Positions 32,501 through 44,500 of a stretch of 64,000 bases of DNA are shown here, one piece after another; positions within the stretch are counted from its first letter, which is position 1, and each line of letters starts with the position of its first letter. Source of the DNA: a virus. Lineage: Duplodnaviria; Caudoviricetes. The position numbers and the translations under genes were made by a program. A model generated the notes under the pieces. That model was not told the DNA's origin. It saw only the letters and a program-made list of their open reading frames with translations, and did not search any database. The stretch is from positions 869-64,868 of IMG/VR virus record IMGVR_UViG_3300002220_000406. One strand, given 5' to 3'.

Positions 32501-35500
32501 GCTTCTTGCCTGTCGTCGTGACGCGAGGCTTGCGAGGTATCTTGTCTCCGGTCTCCGTTCTGCCCTTGCTGCGACGATTGATGCGGTCCTGGGTCTTTTT
32601 GACCTCTTTTTCCAAGAACTCGATCTTGGTCGTCACGTCGGTGATTTGTTTAGCCTCAAACGGCGTCAGCTCGGCGTTTTCGTTACCGGTAAAGCGACGC
32701 TTCATTCTGGTGGCTACCACCAAGGCCTGCTGTGAAGGCAGTATACTCAAGACCTTGGCCATATTGACCGCTCGTCCAGTTTGTATCTGAGCCGCTATAA
32801 TTTCCTGGGACAGTTCAACTAACGCTGCTATCGTCGCTTCGTATTCGGCCGTCTTGCCTTGAGATTTGTAGCTTTGGGCCCTGGCGGACAGTGTGCGCTG
32901 CTCGTGGTACAGAGCCGCCATGACAACTGCCAAGTCGCCGGTCTGCCATCTGACCCTCGAGATCAGATCTCCAATGGATGTGGATTTGCGCAGTGCCAGA
33001 CCCTTTCTGTCGGTCTCTGACATGCCCTCCACATCATACGTGATTATTCCTGTTTCGAGGACTCGCTCGGCGTATTTAGGAGTTTCTCTTCGTGGCTCCG
33101 GAGCACCCTCTTCACCGCGTTCTTGTCCCCCTTCTTCAGTTTCTTGTACGCCTCCAGGAGGTCCGGCAGGTGTTTCCGGTACCGCTCCTTCATCTCTTCC
33201 TGTCTGGTAGACATTTTTGAATCTCGCATCTATAAACTCCTCTATATCGTTTAGTACTTCTTCGCCATTCTTTGCCGTAAAGGCCTCAAGATCGGCCACA
33301 TACAATGCCTGAGCCTGTTCGAGCGTGAGCCCAAGCGCTGCAAAATTGCCCGTAGACGCTTCGACGAATGCTTCCTCCCAGACCTCGGCTTTCTCGGATA
33401 TTGTAAGATCTTCCCATGCCCTGCCCTGGTGAATGGCCATCAAGAAGTTCTTGTACGCCGTCTCGACCAGATTGACCCCATCACGCTCCGTGCCTAACAG
33501 CGCATTGAAGTCATCGTATCGCTCAATGATATTAGCACCTTCAGCGCTGAGATATCTGAATTTGTGCAGCGCCTCGTGCGGTACCTTGTCATCGAATAGA
33601 TAGACCAGCAATGTATCTCGGTCCAATCCACTTTCCATCACATCGCCGATGTTTTTGACCACATCCGCGACATCGTTCCGGCCTTTCTGTCTCAGCCCGG
33701 CTTCCGTTGCTCTGACGGCCTTCAGCAGCTTGCGTGTATTGCCTTTCTGGAAGAACATTCCGTCAAAGCCGGCGGTTCGTCCAAACACCTTCTGCGCTAC
33801 AGACTCGAGGAACACCGTGGCCTCGAGGTTGAGCTCGACGCCGTTGGCTGTCAGTTTGGCTGTGGCCTTTTTGAGGACTTCGGTGCTAAGAGGTTTGCGT
33901 CTTAGCTCCGCGATCTTCGCTTCCGCTTCCGCCTGCCTCGTTGCTCCGAGGGGCCTGTCGGACTTTCTTCTAGCGACCTTCCCATCGGCAGCGGACCTCT
34001 CAGCATTCTTGCCAATAACTCCGTCGCTCTCTGGTCTCCCGATTTTAGCGATGAGATCGTCAAGGGATTTGCGGTTGACTTGTTTGTTTTCATACCATGC
34101 TCTCCTAGTGTTTTCCGAGACTTTGAACCCTGCAGGCACAATGCCATTTTTGCGTTTCTGAATCTCAGAAAGAAAAGTTGTGAACTCCTTTGGGGTAAAC
34201 ACGAATTTACCGTTCTTAGAGTCGGTATACCGCAAAAACGGCTGCCCGTCAGGGGTCATGCCAAACTCTGCTCCGTAGCTGTAGGTGTCGTACTGACCCT
34301 CCTTTGCGGTGACCCCTTCGTACGGAGCCTTCTTGCCTGCCGCTTCTTTGTACAGACCCTCCAGGGTACCATGACCGGCTTCTTGACCGGATTCGACCAC
34401 CCACGTCTCCCAATGGAGTCGGCCCAGGCTAGCGACGTCTCCCCGGCCGAGGCCGTCGTAAATAGCCTGCAGCTTGCGTTCTATAGCTCTTTCAATAGCC
34501 TCGTAGGTGGCAAGTCCCCACAATCCACTGGTTATAGGCTCAATACTTGACCCGGTAGTCGTGTCGCGGCTTTCGCCGATCCTTTCGATGTCCACGCCCA
34601 GCTCAGCAGCCTTATCGGCTTTAAGGGCTTCGACTGCGGCCTTAAAGTCCTTGTCACTCTCCCCTTCTTCCTGGTAAAGCTTGCCCAGAGGCGTTTTTGG
34701 GCCATCCTTTTCCTCGGACTTTAAGTACACCGTGGTGTGCTTGTCGCCGTCATACAAATTCTGCCCTTTAAATCGGCCGTCATCAAACAGGTTGCGAATC
34801 TGGACCCTGTCCAGCACAAGGACATCCGTGCGCCCCGTGACAAGCAGCATGAAGGATAAAACTTTATTGTCGAAACCGACGCCTTGAAACGTGCTATGAA
34901 ATAGACGACGTATTTGCGGACCGGTCAGTTTCTTGTCAGCGATCCAGTCGTGCAGGACCCTGATCCCGCTCTTGCCCGGCTCGGCTTCTTCGGACATTTT
35001 GACCAAAAAGTGCTCGCCAAAGCTGTTCAAGTTGTGCTTGGTGCCATTTGCAGGGAGGCCTTCCTCGAAGTTTAAACCCTTGACCCATGCTTCATATTTC
35101 TCAAAATCAAACTTGCCCTGCTCAGCCTGCTCAATCCATGGGGCTATTTTGTCAGCAACGAACAAGAACATGGATTCCTGGACATAAGGCGACACGCCTC
35201 TCGACAGCAGCCCCCACAGCGCAAGTTTGGCGGTTGTGGTGGGAGTCGCTACCCCACTCGTATAGAGCCGTCTAAAACGTTTTGCAGCCTCAAGCCCGGC
35301 ATTGGCGTCCTTGATCTGACCGTCCGAAAGCTTTGTCAATAGATTGCCAAAGGGCAATTTCTTGCGCAGCTGAGCGATAAGGTTGTATGGGGCGATAGGC
35401 ACGGTCCTGTTTTTAGTAAGATATGCCCAATAGCGTGCCCAGGCATCCTCACTTTTTTCAGGATCAGAGTTAACGTCTAACGCCTCGTCTATCAGGTCTA

Positions 35501-38500
35501 AGTTTTTCGGTACATTTGGAAGGATGGCGTTTTTAGACAAAGCAGCCCCTTTCCTTCCTTCTCTGATGTCGGAGTCTTCCGGAGCCTCCTGAGTAAGCCC
35601 TGGCAGCAGCGCTGGGCCCTTGATTGTTTTTGGCGCTATAGACGTTGCGCCTAGCGGCCTGTCTTCCTCGCCAGCACCTCTCTCCTGTCCCACAGGCACA
35701 CTTGGCGCTTTAAAGCCTCCCGGCAGCAGTTCGCCTTGGTCTTGAAGGTTGCGTGCATCTGGCGCTTTAAATTCGTATTTTGTCGCGTCCTTCATTCTCC
35801 TTCCGGTTTGTCTTGAGATTGGAAGTGAACGACGGTCGGCCGTCATGTCTTCCCGCGCCGATGCGTCTTGTGGCAGCACGGGCTCCTGGCCGTATATCAC
35901 GTAGCTGGATATGGGGGTGGGGGTGTATTCACCGCTTGCAGCCTCGGGGAAGAACTCTTCAAGAGCAGAACTCCCAGGGATAACAAATATCGTGCCCGAT
36001 TTCTGGGCCCTCTTCTTGCCTTCCACAAAAATCGGAGCAATGACATTGGCGTAGTCTTCGTCACTGGTAGAGATACACCCGTAAGTTCCAAAATTATCTT
36101 CAGGGGTAGCTGTCTCTAGAGCTCGACTCCGCTCTGCTGCCGCCGACGACCAATTGCGGTGTATCCCTGCCGCAAATGCGGGGCCTTGCATGCTAAAGTA
36201 CAACCACGTCTCGTTGTTCGGCCTGTCCTCTGGGATCAGGTCGAATTTGCCCGCTTGTGTGGCGCGGTCTATCTTGGGGTCAAAGTCTTCATAGGCCTTG
36301 ATGTCCTTGTATCGGGTCTCGTCGATCCTGTCGTAGTCCTTAGACAGTCCTGTGATCACCGGCCTGGCACTTAAAAGCTCACCCGTAGCAGACAAGATGT
36401 ACATGATGCCATTTTTCTTGTCCACAAAAGCAGCGGGTTTGTTTTCATGAGCGTTCGTGGTCATTGCCCAGTCCACGACTAAGGCGGTTTCCAGCGAGGG
36501 TTTTAATTCTTTAAATTGCTCCGAAACTTTCGCGTAGGTTGTGGTAATCTGCGTTGCAGTTTGAGTGGCAGCTGTAGGCAGCTGCTTAGTGACCGCAACC
36601 GACGGCAGCACCGCGTGCAATATCATGGCCGTCGCAAGCACCGCTGTCGCCAGTTTGGCGATAATTTTACGCAGTTTTACTTTGACGCCCTTGGCGCCCT
36701 TCTGAGCGAATCTGGTAAGATCTTCGCGGACCTTGGCCATAAAGCCTTGGCTACCGCGCTCCTCGCCATATACCTCTTCAAGGGTCTCTATCTCGCTCTC
36801 TTCAAGCGTGTCGAGAGCGTCTTCTACTATACCGTCATTGACTTCTTGTTGGGTGTCGGGCTGTTGCCCTTCGGCCGGAGCGAGTTCGCTAAGGCCCCTT
36901 ACCAGCACGTTTTCCAAAGCAAAACCAATAAAGTTAAGGTCGCTGCCAACGGCCGCGTTTTTCGCGGTTGGCTTGCCGCTTCGGGCGAAGACCATACCTT
37001 CCGGCGCCAGCAACGTCTTATTATCCTCGCTCAGGCGTATACCTGTGGCTTCGGATACCTTAGCCCACCATTCCAAGACTTCGGCCCTTTTCAGGCCTCT
37101 TCTGATTTTGGCAAACTCTTCCTGGCTGATCGGGCTCGTTGGATATTCGCTTTCTGCTGTTCCGCCATCTTCTGCCGGAGCAGTGCCTTGGTTCTCCTGA
37201 TTATCCTGGGGTCCAAACTCTTTGCCAAAAAGTCCTTGCTGTTTGTCGTTTCCGTTTTCTTCATTAAATTCTATTGCTCCTTGGAGTATTGAGGCCGCAC
37301 CTCGGTTTTCCGCGTCGCTGAACATGTTCATCTGCTTGGGAGATCCCATCTCATCGACGGTTCTGAGGTAGTTCTGCAGTATGGCGCTAAGCGCTTTGGC
37401 GGAGTTCCTCTTGCTTTCCAACATTTCCAGGATCATCACCTGGATTGGCGTCAGGTCTCCGCCGAACAGGTTCCCCTGCTGCAGGAACTCGCTGACAGGC
37501 ATGCCCTCGGCCCTGAGATCGGCGTATTTGACGGCCATTGCGGTAAGGTCGGCGCTGATGTCCAGCCCTTCAAACCTATTGCCGTTCGCAACATCGGCCT
37601 TTAACTGCGCAAACGCTGCCGCATTGAGCAGCATCGCCGATGTGATTCTCTTGATATTGCTGTCTTCGCTCTCAAATACCCTTTCAAGAAGATCTGCGCC
37701 CTCCTGGGTATCTGCGTAAGCTGCGGCGAAAATAGCCGCTCTCATAGCTCTGAAACCGTCCTGCGACATCTGGCCAGAAGCTGTTCTGTAAGCCGAAGCC
37801 CTCTCCTCTCCAACTGCCAGCAGGAAGTCCCTGATGAACGCCTCATTAGCAGTTGTCCCAAGGTCGCCGTTTTCGCTTACAACCAGCTTGGACAAGATCG
37901 CCGGGGTAAGTTTTTTAGCATCCTCGATCGCCTGCTCGGCGGTGGACATGGCCCTTTGCTGCGGTGCATTGGCCTGCCTCGCAAACTCGACAAGGTCTAT
38001 CGCGCCGGGGTCTGATATGACTCCGACGTAGATGGGGGAGTTGATGCCTTCAGTATCCTGGCCTGCCGCTTCACCTTTTTCCTGGGCAAAGCCTTCGTAC
38101 TCTTCGTTTGTGTCTTGGTTGTAACGCTGCCTAATTGCGCCGACTCTATGATTGCCCGCAATGACCGCGTACTTGGTCTGACCATTGACTTTCACAGGCA
38201 CAACGATCGGTCTTCCGTTCCCGGCGAATGTCTCATCTCCGAGCTTGTCGGTGTCGAGGTCCGCCGCAATGGAGGTCACAAAAGCTGCGGAAGATTTACG
38301 AGAGGTGTCTCTGGGCTGAAGCTCTGAGGGATAACCTTCCTGCTCAGACGTGATTATATCGTCAGCGGAGATGACTTTCTGCTCGACCGGCACCTTGATG
38401 TCGCCGGCGTAGACCGTCTGAGTCTTGTTAGTTGGGGTCTCTGTGACAGTCTCGGTTTTAGGAGCAGCTTTCTGTCGCGGCGTTTGCTTGCCTTCAGACT

Positions 38501-41500
38501 CGTCAGCTGCGTCGCGAAGGCCTTCAGCATCCCGTGTAACGTTAGGCAGGTCACCAGTGTTGTTGTCGTCCAGAACCTGTGCAAGGTAACGCGCTTGTTC
38601 CGGGGTTATGGACTCGCCTGGCACAATGCCCTGCTCTTCCATATAGTCCTCAGCATATTCGTCGAGTATCAGCTCAGAACCGCGACTAAGCTCAGGGATG
38701 ATCGGCTTGCCTTTGCTTGCTGCCTGTGGTTCCTGCTTTCTTCCCACGGGAGACCCGCCCGGTTCTCGCTGTATCCAATCAGCAGTCGCACCGAGGCGTT
38801 CATGGGCCGACTCGATCTGCATCGTAATCGGACCAAAACCATTGCGCTCGTAAAAAGCCAGGAGTTCATCTTGCGACAGACCGAACTGCTTCTTGTTCTT
38901 ACGCCCCGAGTCGGACTGCGCTACTGGGTCCCCGATCAGCGTAATCCCATGCTTGTCCGCGTATTCGGTCAGCTTCTTGAGAGCTGCGCTGCCTTGCCCT
39001 TTACCCACGGCTTCAGGGCTTACCCTGAAATCGTCGATGATCATCACCCCGTCTTCTCCGGGAGTCATGTAGATAAAAGCCTCTCCGATCTTAATCGCGA
39101 CAGCAGAGGACGAATGAGGGGTAACGGCATTGTCCTTTGCTATATCTTGCAGGAAGGGACTGCCATCCACTGTTTTATCAAAACGACTTTCAAAACGACT
39201 TTTCTCGGGAGCCTGTTCAGCTTCCGCTGATTCCACTTCCTGCCCTGTCAGGGCGCGGAGCTTGGCAAGAATTCTGTTAAGAGCACTTACATCAAGATCG
39301 CTGAGGAACTCTTGAATCTCTTCGTCGTTCAGGTAATCCTCAATATTCTCAATAAGGCTGTCCGCCTCTTCACGAACTAAGGGGGTTCCGTCCAAAAGGG
39401 CTTCGACTCCAGTCTCCCAGTCCTGAAAAGACTCGCGCATGACCCCGCGCTCTGTCTCGCTGAGTTCCACGGAACCGATCTCGGCAGCTTTGCGTGCCGC
39501 CACCTTTCTTGTTTCGACGTCCGCTTCAAACTCTTTTCGCTTCGCGCCAGCATCCTTTGCGGTCTTGCTGGTTGCCGCCAGGTCCACAACGCCTACTTTT
39601 TGTCCTAGTTCTCGTTTTGACCAACTGTCTACTTCCTTCGGGAGCTTAACGTCACCGAGCTTCACGGCGACCCTGCCTGTGCGCTTGTCTCTGAAAACCT
39701 TTTCAACTGTGCCCGAAACCGTGACGGACTTGGTGCCGGTTACGCTATTTGCAGACGTACCCACATACAGTTTGGCGCCTTTTTCGACTAACTTCCACAA
39801 ACTTTGGTTTTCGTCGCTGGTCTCAAAGACTCCCTGCTCAATCTTCTCGGTGGCAGAGCCTTGGCCGAACATCCCGCCCTTGCGCATGACCATCTCCCTA
39901 CTGAAACCAGAAGCCGGATCGAACAGTTCTATTTGAACGGAAGAGCTCCATTGACCTTCAGCCTCAACCTTAAACTCCGTGGTGTAGCCTGTAACCAGCT
40001 CACCGCCATAAGTGCTACCGACGGGAGCCATGGCCTCTAGTTTCTCTTTGTGTTGCTCCAGGTCCGCCTTGGCCTTTTCTATTGCAGCCTCCAATTCCTT
40101 GCGAGACTTGAAGACGGGCATTCGGGTCAGCCCCCCTTGAGTCCCCTGCACTAACGCCCCGAAATGTTCGCCTTTTCCGTCGACTGCCGCGATAAAGAAA
40201 TCGCGCTGGGTGAGAGGCGAGTGAGCCACGACCTTGCCTTCTTTGATCGTGCCGTCAGGCATTACCACCGCCATTGTCGATCCAACTGGATGCTCTCGCA
40301 CCAAGGCCTCTCGCGTTTTCACGTTACGCTGCGAGGCGTCTTCGGTAGGATCGAAGTGCGGAACCAGTTTATGCGCAGGGCCTTGATTGATGCGTGTGGG
40401 TGTGTGTGGCCATCCTCTGGTCATCACTATCGCTTCTACAACGCCATTTTTACCCATCGTGTAGCCCACGACCATCTGCATCCCAAAAGCGGCATTAGAA
40501 TAGCCGCGGATAATCGTCATCGAACCTATCGGCATCGCCTCCTCAGCCTCGGCGATACTCTTGTAGGGAGTCGAACGAGGAGCCGACGGCAATGGGCCGT
40601 CAACCTGCCTGTCAGTCACTGTCCATCCGCGGTCTGGAGTAATTACCGCGACATTGCCTTCAGGGTCTCTTACGACCCAGACAGTTCTGTCAACTTCTTT
40701 CTCCTTGTAGGTATCCACGATCGCCCATTCCACGCCTGCGCCAGGCCCCTCTTTAGGGGTCACAATACGTCCGACTTTTGGCGCGCCCTTAGTTGGGGCT
40801 GCTTTGGTTTTGGGATATTTGCGCGTGCGAGAAGTCGGAGGGAAGACAGGCTGAGCACCGGCATCGCCGTCGTCATCCTCGTCGATATCCTCGTCTTCAT
40901 CAAGCTCTTCGTCGACTTGCTCAGCAACTTCTTCGTCGACCTCTTCATCAATATCCTCCTCGACAGCCTCTCCCTGACCAACATCTTCGCCGATCGCCTC
41001 ACGATAAATTTCCTTGATCGGGTCAAAAAGCTGTCCCTTACTACCCCATTGCCCGTATTCCGCATCCCTTTTAGGCAGGAAATTAAGGATTGCGCGAATC
41101 TCGTCGGCAGTTAGCGCGTCGTCCGGTGCCAGACCTCGCGCCTCAAGATATCGCGATGCCTGACCGACCCGAAGAATCAACGCTCGCTCGTCGGAAGTCA
41201 GATCGACCGGAAAGAGTTTTTCGCCTGAGATCTCCTTATCTCGCTTCTCTCGCCGAAGCTCCAGGATGAGCGGCATAGCCTTTTCCCTGTCAGCAAACAG
41301 CGCGTCCCATTCGGCACGGGCCTTTTTGCCGTGCTTTTCTTCTATCTTGTCACCATAGAAGTCTAAGCCGTTGTCCCAATGAACCGACTCCTGTACAAAC
41401 GAGTTGCCATCCCAGTTGACGTAGCTGAGATATTTATTAATGGCGTCAAACGCGGGGGACTTGCTCCATGCTTCCAGCAAGGCTTCTGCGACTTCAAGGT

Positions 41501-44500
41501 CGGTGACACCCTCCATTGCGCCTGCAAGACCTTTATCTGCCACAGCCGCTTTTGCTTTTTTCGCGATTTCTTGTTTTCTGGCAGACTCTTTTTTGCCTTC
41601 AGCCTCTGCCGCTTTCTGTGCGGGCTTTGTCTTAGCTTCATTCCACGCCTTTTCGAGCAGACTTTCGGGGAAGTATCCGAACTCATTGATATAATCTCCA
41701 GCAAAAATGACATCTCGGGCCTCTACCTCAAACGAGTAGACCTGACTGCCTTCTTCCTGAGAGTTAATCTCAGCGTAGGTCTTTGAGAACGTCACCCAAT
41801 CGCCTATATTGAGCTGCTTGGACGGACCTGCCCTGTAAATCGTAACCTTGGCTCTGGGATTATCCCTGATAGCCTGCAGCACTGCCCAGCTCTCCTGTTC
41901 CGCTTGATCTTTCTTCAGGTTCGATGCAATTGATAGCTCAGGCTTTTCGTAAACATCGTCAGGGATAGCTCCGCCTTCAAGAAGGTCGTGCGCAGGAGGC
42001 ATCCCTTCGTAGGTGGGCCTGTGAGACATCCCGTATTCGGGAGCCTCCCCAAACACTGCCGCGCGAAACTCCTCATAAGTCTCAAATTCTTTAGCCTTCT
42101 CAACCAGATCACTCTGCGTGTCTTGGACTTTAGTGCCCTGAGCCACCACCACTTCTCCAACTTGGATCACCTCGCCGTTTTTTGTAATGGTAGGTTTCTT
42201 GACCTTTTTAATTATAAATTGGCCTTCAAACAGATTGGCATCCCGCACGAACTCCGGCGCCACTTCCATGCCTTCAACCCAAGGCATACCTATGGCATGA
42301 GTCTGCACACGCTCGTAGCCCATCTGCTTGAGCGACTCTTCAAGAGCGTCAAGCGCCTTACGCATCTCTGTTCCGAATGCGATCCAGGCTGACTGACTCA
42401 TCTCGGCTTTAGGAGCTAACCCTGCGGCCAGCAAACCTTCTAGCTTTGAGATCGCGTCAAGAGCCCGTATGGGGCGATCCGTTTCGATTAGGATATTGAC
42501 CTGCGTCCTGATTTGCTTCCCGTGGTTGTTTGACGGAATACCTTTAGCAGCCTTGTCAAGCATTACAACGCCGTCGTCATAATCCTGCTGACCCTCTTCG
42601 GCCTGTTCCTCTCCGGTAAGGATCTCTACCTCTTCGTCTGGGGTGATCTCTTGTTCAGTCTGAACGTCAGTGGATTGAGTTTCTGACTGCTCCGTGTCGC
42701 CGGTTGTTTCTGGCGCAGGAGCCGTCTCCGATATACGGGCAGCTTCAATCGCCTCGGTTGTTATTTGTCCTACTTCTTTTACGACATACCCAGACTCCGT
42801 TTGTTCTATGACAGGTGGCTTAGTAATAAGGATCGTGCCATCGGTGATCGCTGCGCTGACCTGGGCAGGCTGTGCGGCTACGCTGAACAGGCGCGGAAGA
42901 ATGGCCTCCGGAGAATGCTTGATCTTATTGCCAACGATTTTCTGTTCAAACATGGGCACCGCGGTAAAGGTGCCGTCAGGTCTGCGGACGAGCCTGAATA
43001 AAGACTCGCCCTCTTTCATCTCTGATTCTAAAAACGCTATCGTGCCGTCGGCATTGACCCCGGGGAAATACCCCACAGTCTCGCCTTCTGTGCCCTGGTT
43101 GGCAGGAGCTTGAGTGGTCGTCTCGACCTGTTGTTCCGTAGGAGCCTGGTCAGCACCTTTCAGTCCAAAGTTTGTGCCTTCCTTTTCGTGCCGAGTCGCG
43201 ACCAAGTCGAGAAGGTCCGTGAAAGGTAGACCCGCCATCGAATCGCGGCCTTTAGAGTCCTTGCCAGTCATCCGCCGCCTCACACCCATCGCGATGTAGT
43301 CCTTGCCGTCAAGCGAGATGGCAGAAAAGAGCGGGGAGCTCCCCCCTAGGGCGCTTAGGACTTGCTCGGCTGTCCAACCATTACCCTGGCCGGTTTCGAT
43401 CAGCTGATCTATCAGGAGGCCAAATTCACGCAACAGATTGATTACGTCGTCAGGGGTCAGTCCTTCAGCACTCTCCCACCCGTAAGCGCGTAGCGCGTCA
43501 TTTCTAAGCGCATTGACGAATTTGGTGCCTGCGATCGGCAGCAGCATCGCGGTGATTTCGGCGTCGGCAAGCAGATTGAATAGTTTTCTCCTGGCATTTT
43601 CCAGCGTTCCCGCAAATGCAGGGTCATTGCTATGCTGCCGGGCAAATTCGAGGTACTCGGCAATGAGGTCTTCGACCTCCTCAACGGTAACCCTCCCCGA
43701 TTTCTTTCGTTCCACTGCCTCGTCAATTCGGGCAATAATGTCAGCGCCTTGCTGCTCCTCGCCGGTCAAGATGTCGACTTCTTCGTCTTGCGCTGAGTCT
43801 GTTTGTTCCGAAGGTACATATGCCGTGGTAACCGCGGATCTAGGCACAACGGATTCGGTATTGCTACCGTCGTCCGTAACAACGCGAACATTTTCGCCTT
43901 GGTCCTCCACAATAAGCGCTGGGCCTATGCCATCAACGGTAACTGGCGTGCCAGGCTCGTAAAAAGCTCCATCCACCAAGGGGCCTGGGGCGTTTTGAGC
44001 ACTGTTTGCGCCGTCGTTCATGCCGTCTTGAATGGCAGCGGCTCGCTCTTCTGAGGCAAAAGAATCTGAGACCCTGCCCCAGTCCGCATCCTCAAGGTAA
44101 AGGGCGTTCTGGCCATTGATGACAGTGCCTGAGTCTTCGGCGACGGTGTAGTAAGGTTTGCCGTCCTGGTCTTCACCAACGCCTGTTACGGTCAATTGCG
44201 AGCCGTCAGCCGTGCTGGTTACAACCTGACCCACCGCAGTGCCCTTTAGAAGATCCCAAGCCCTCTTTCTGGCTTTCTTGTTTGGCGCGTTGAGAAAACT
44301 GTCCTGGGCTATTCCTGCGGGTGGACGGTCGTATTTGTCCACCAATGCCTTTTGAGCCTCTAATGCGTTCAGCTCAGCGCTCAAAGCATCGAATGCCTGT
44401 TCCTGGCCATCGGCCGGGGTTCTGGTTTCTTTTCCGTTGCGGTCCTGCGTTACATTCGAGATAAGATCGAGTTCGCCCCTGACCTGCTCCAATCGCTCAT

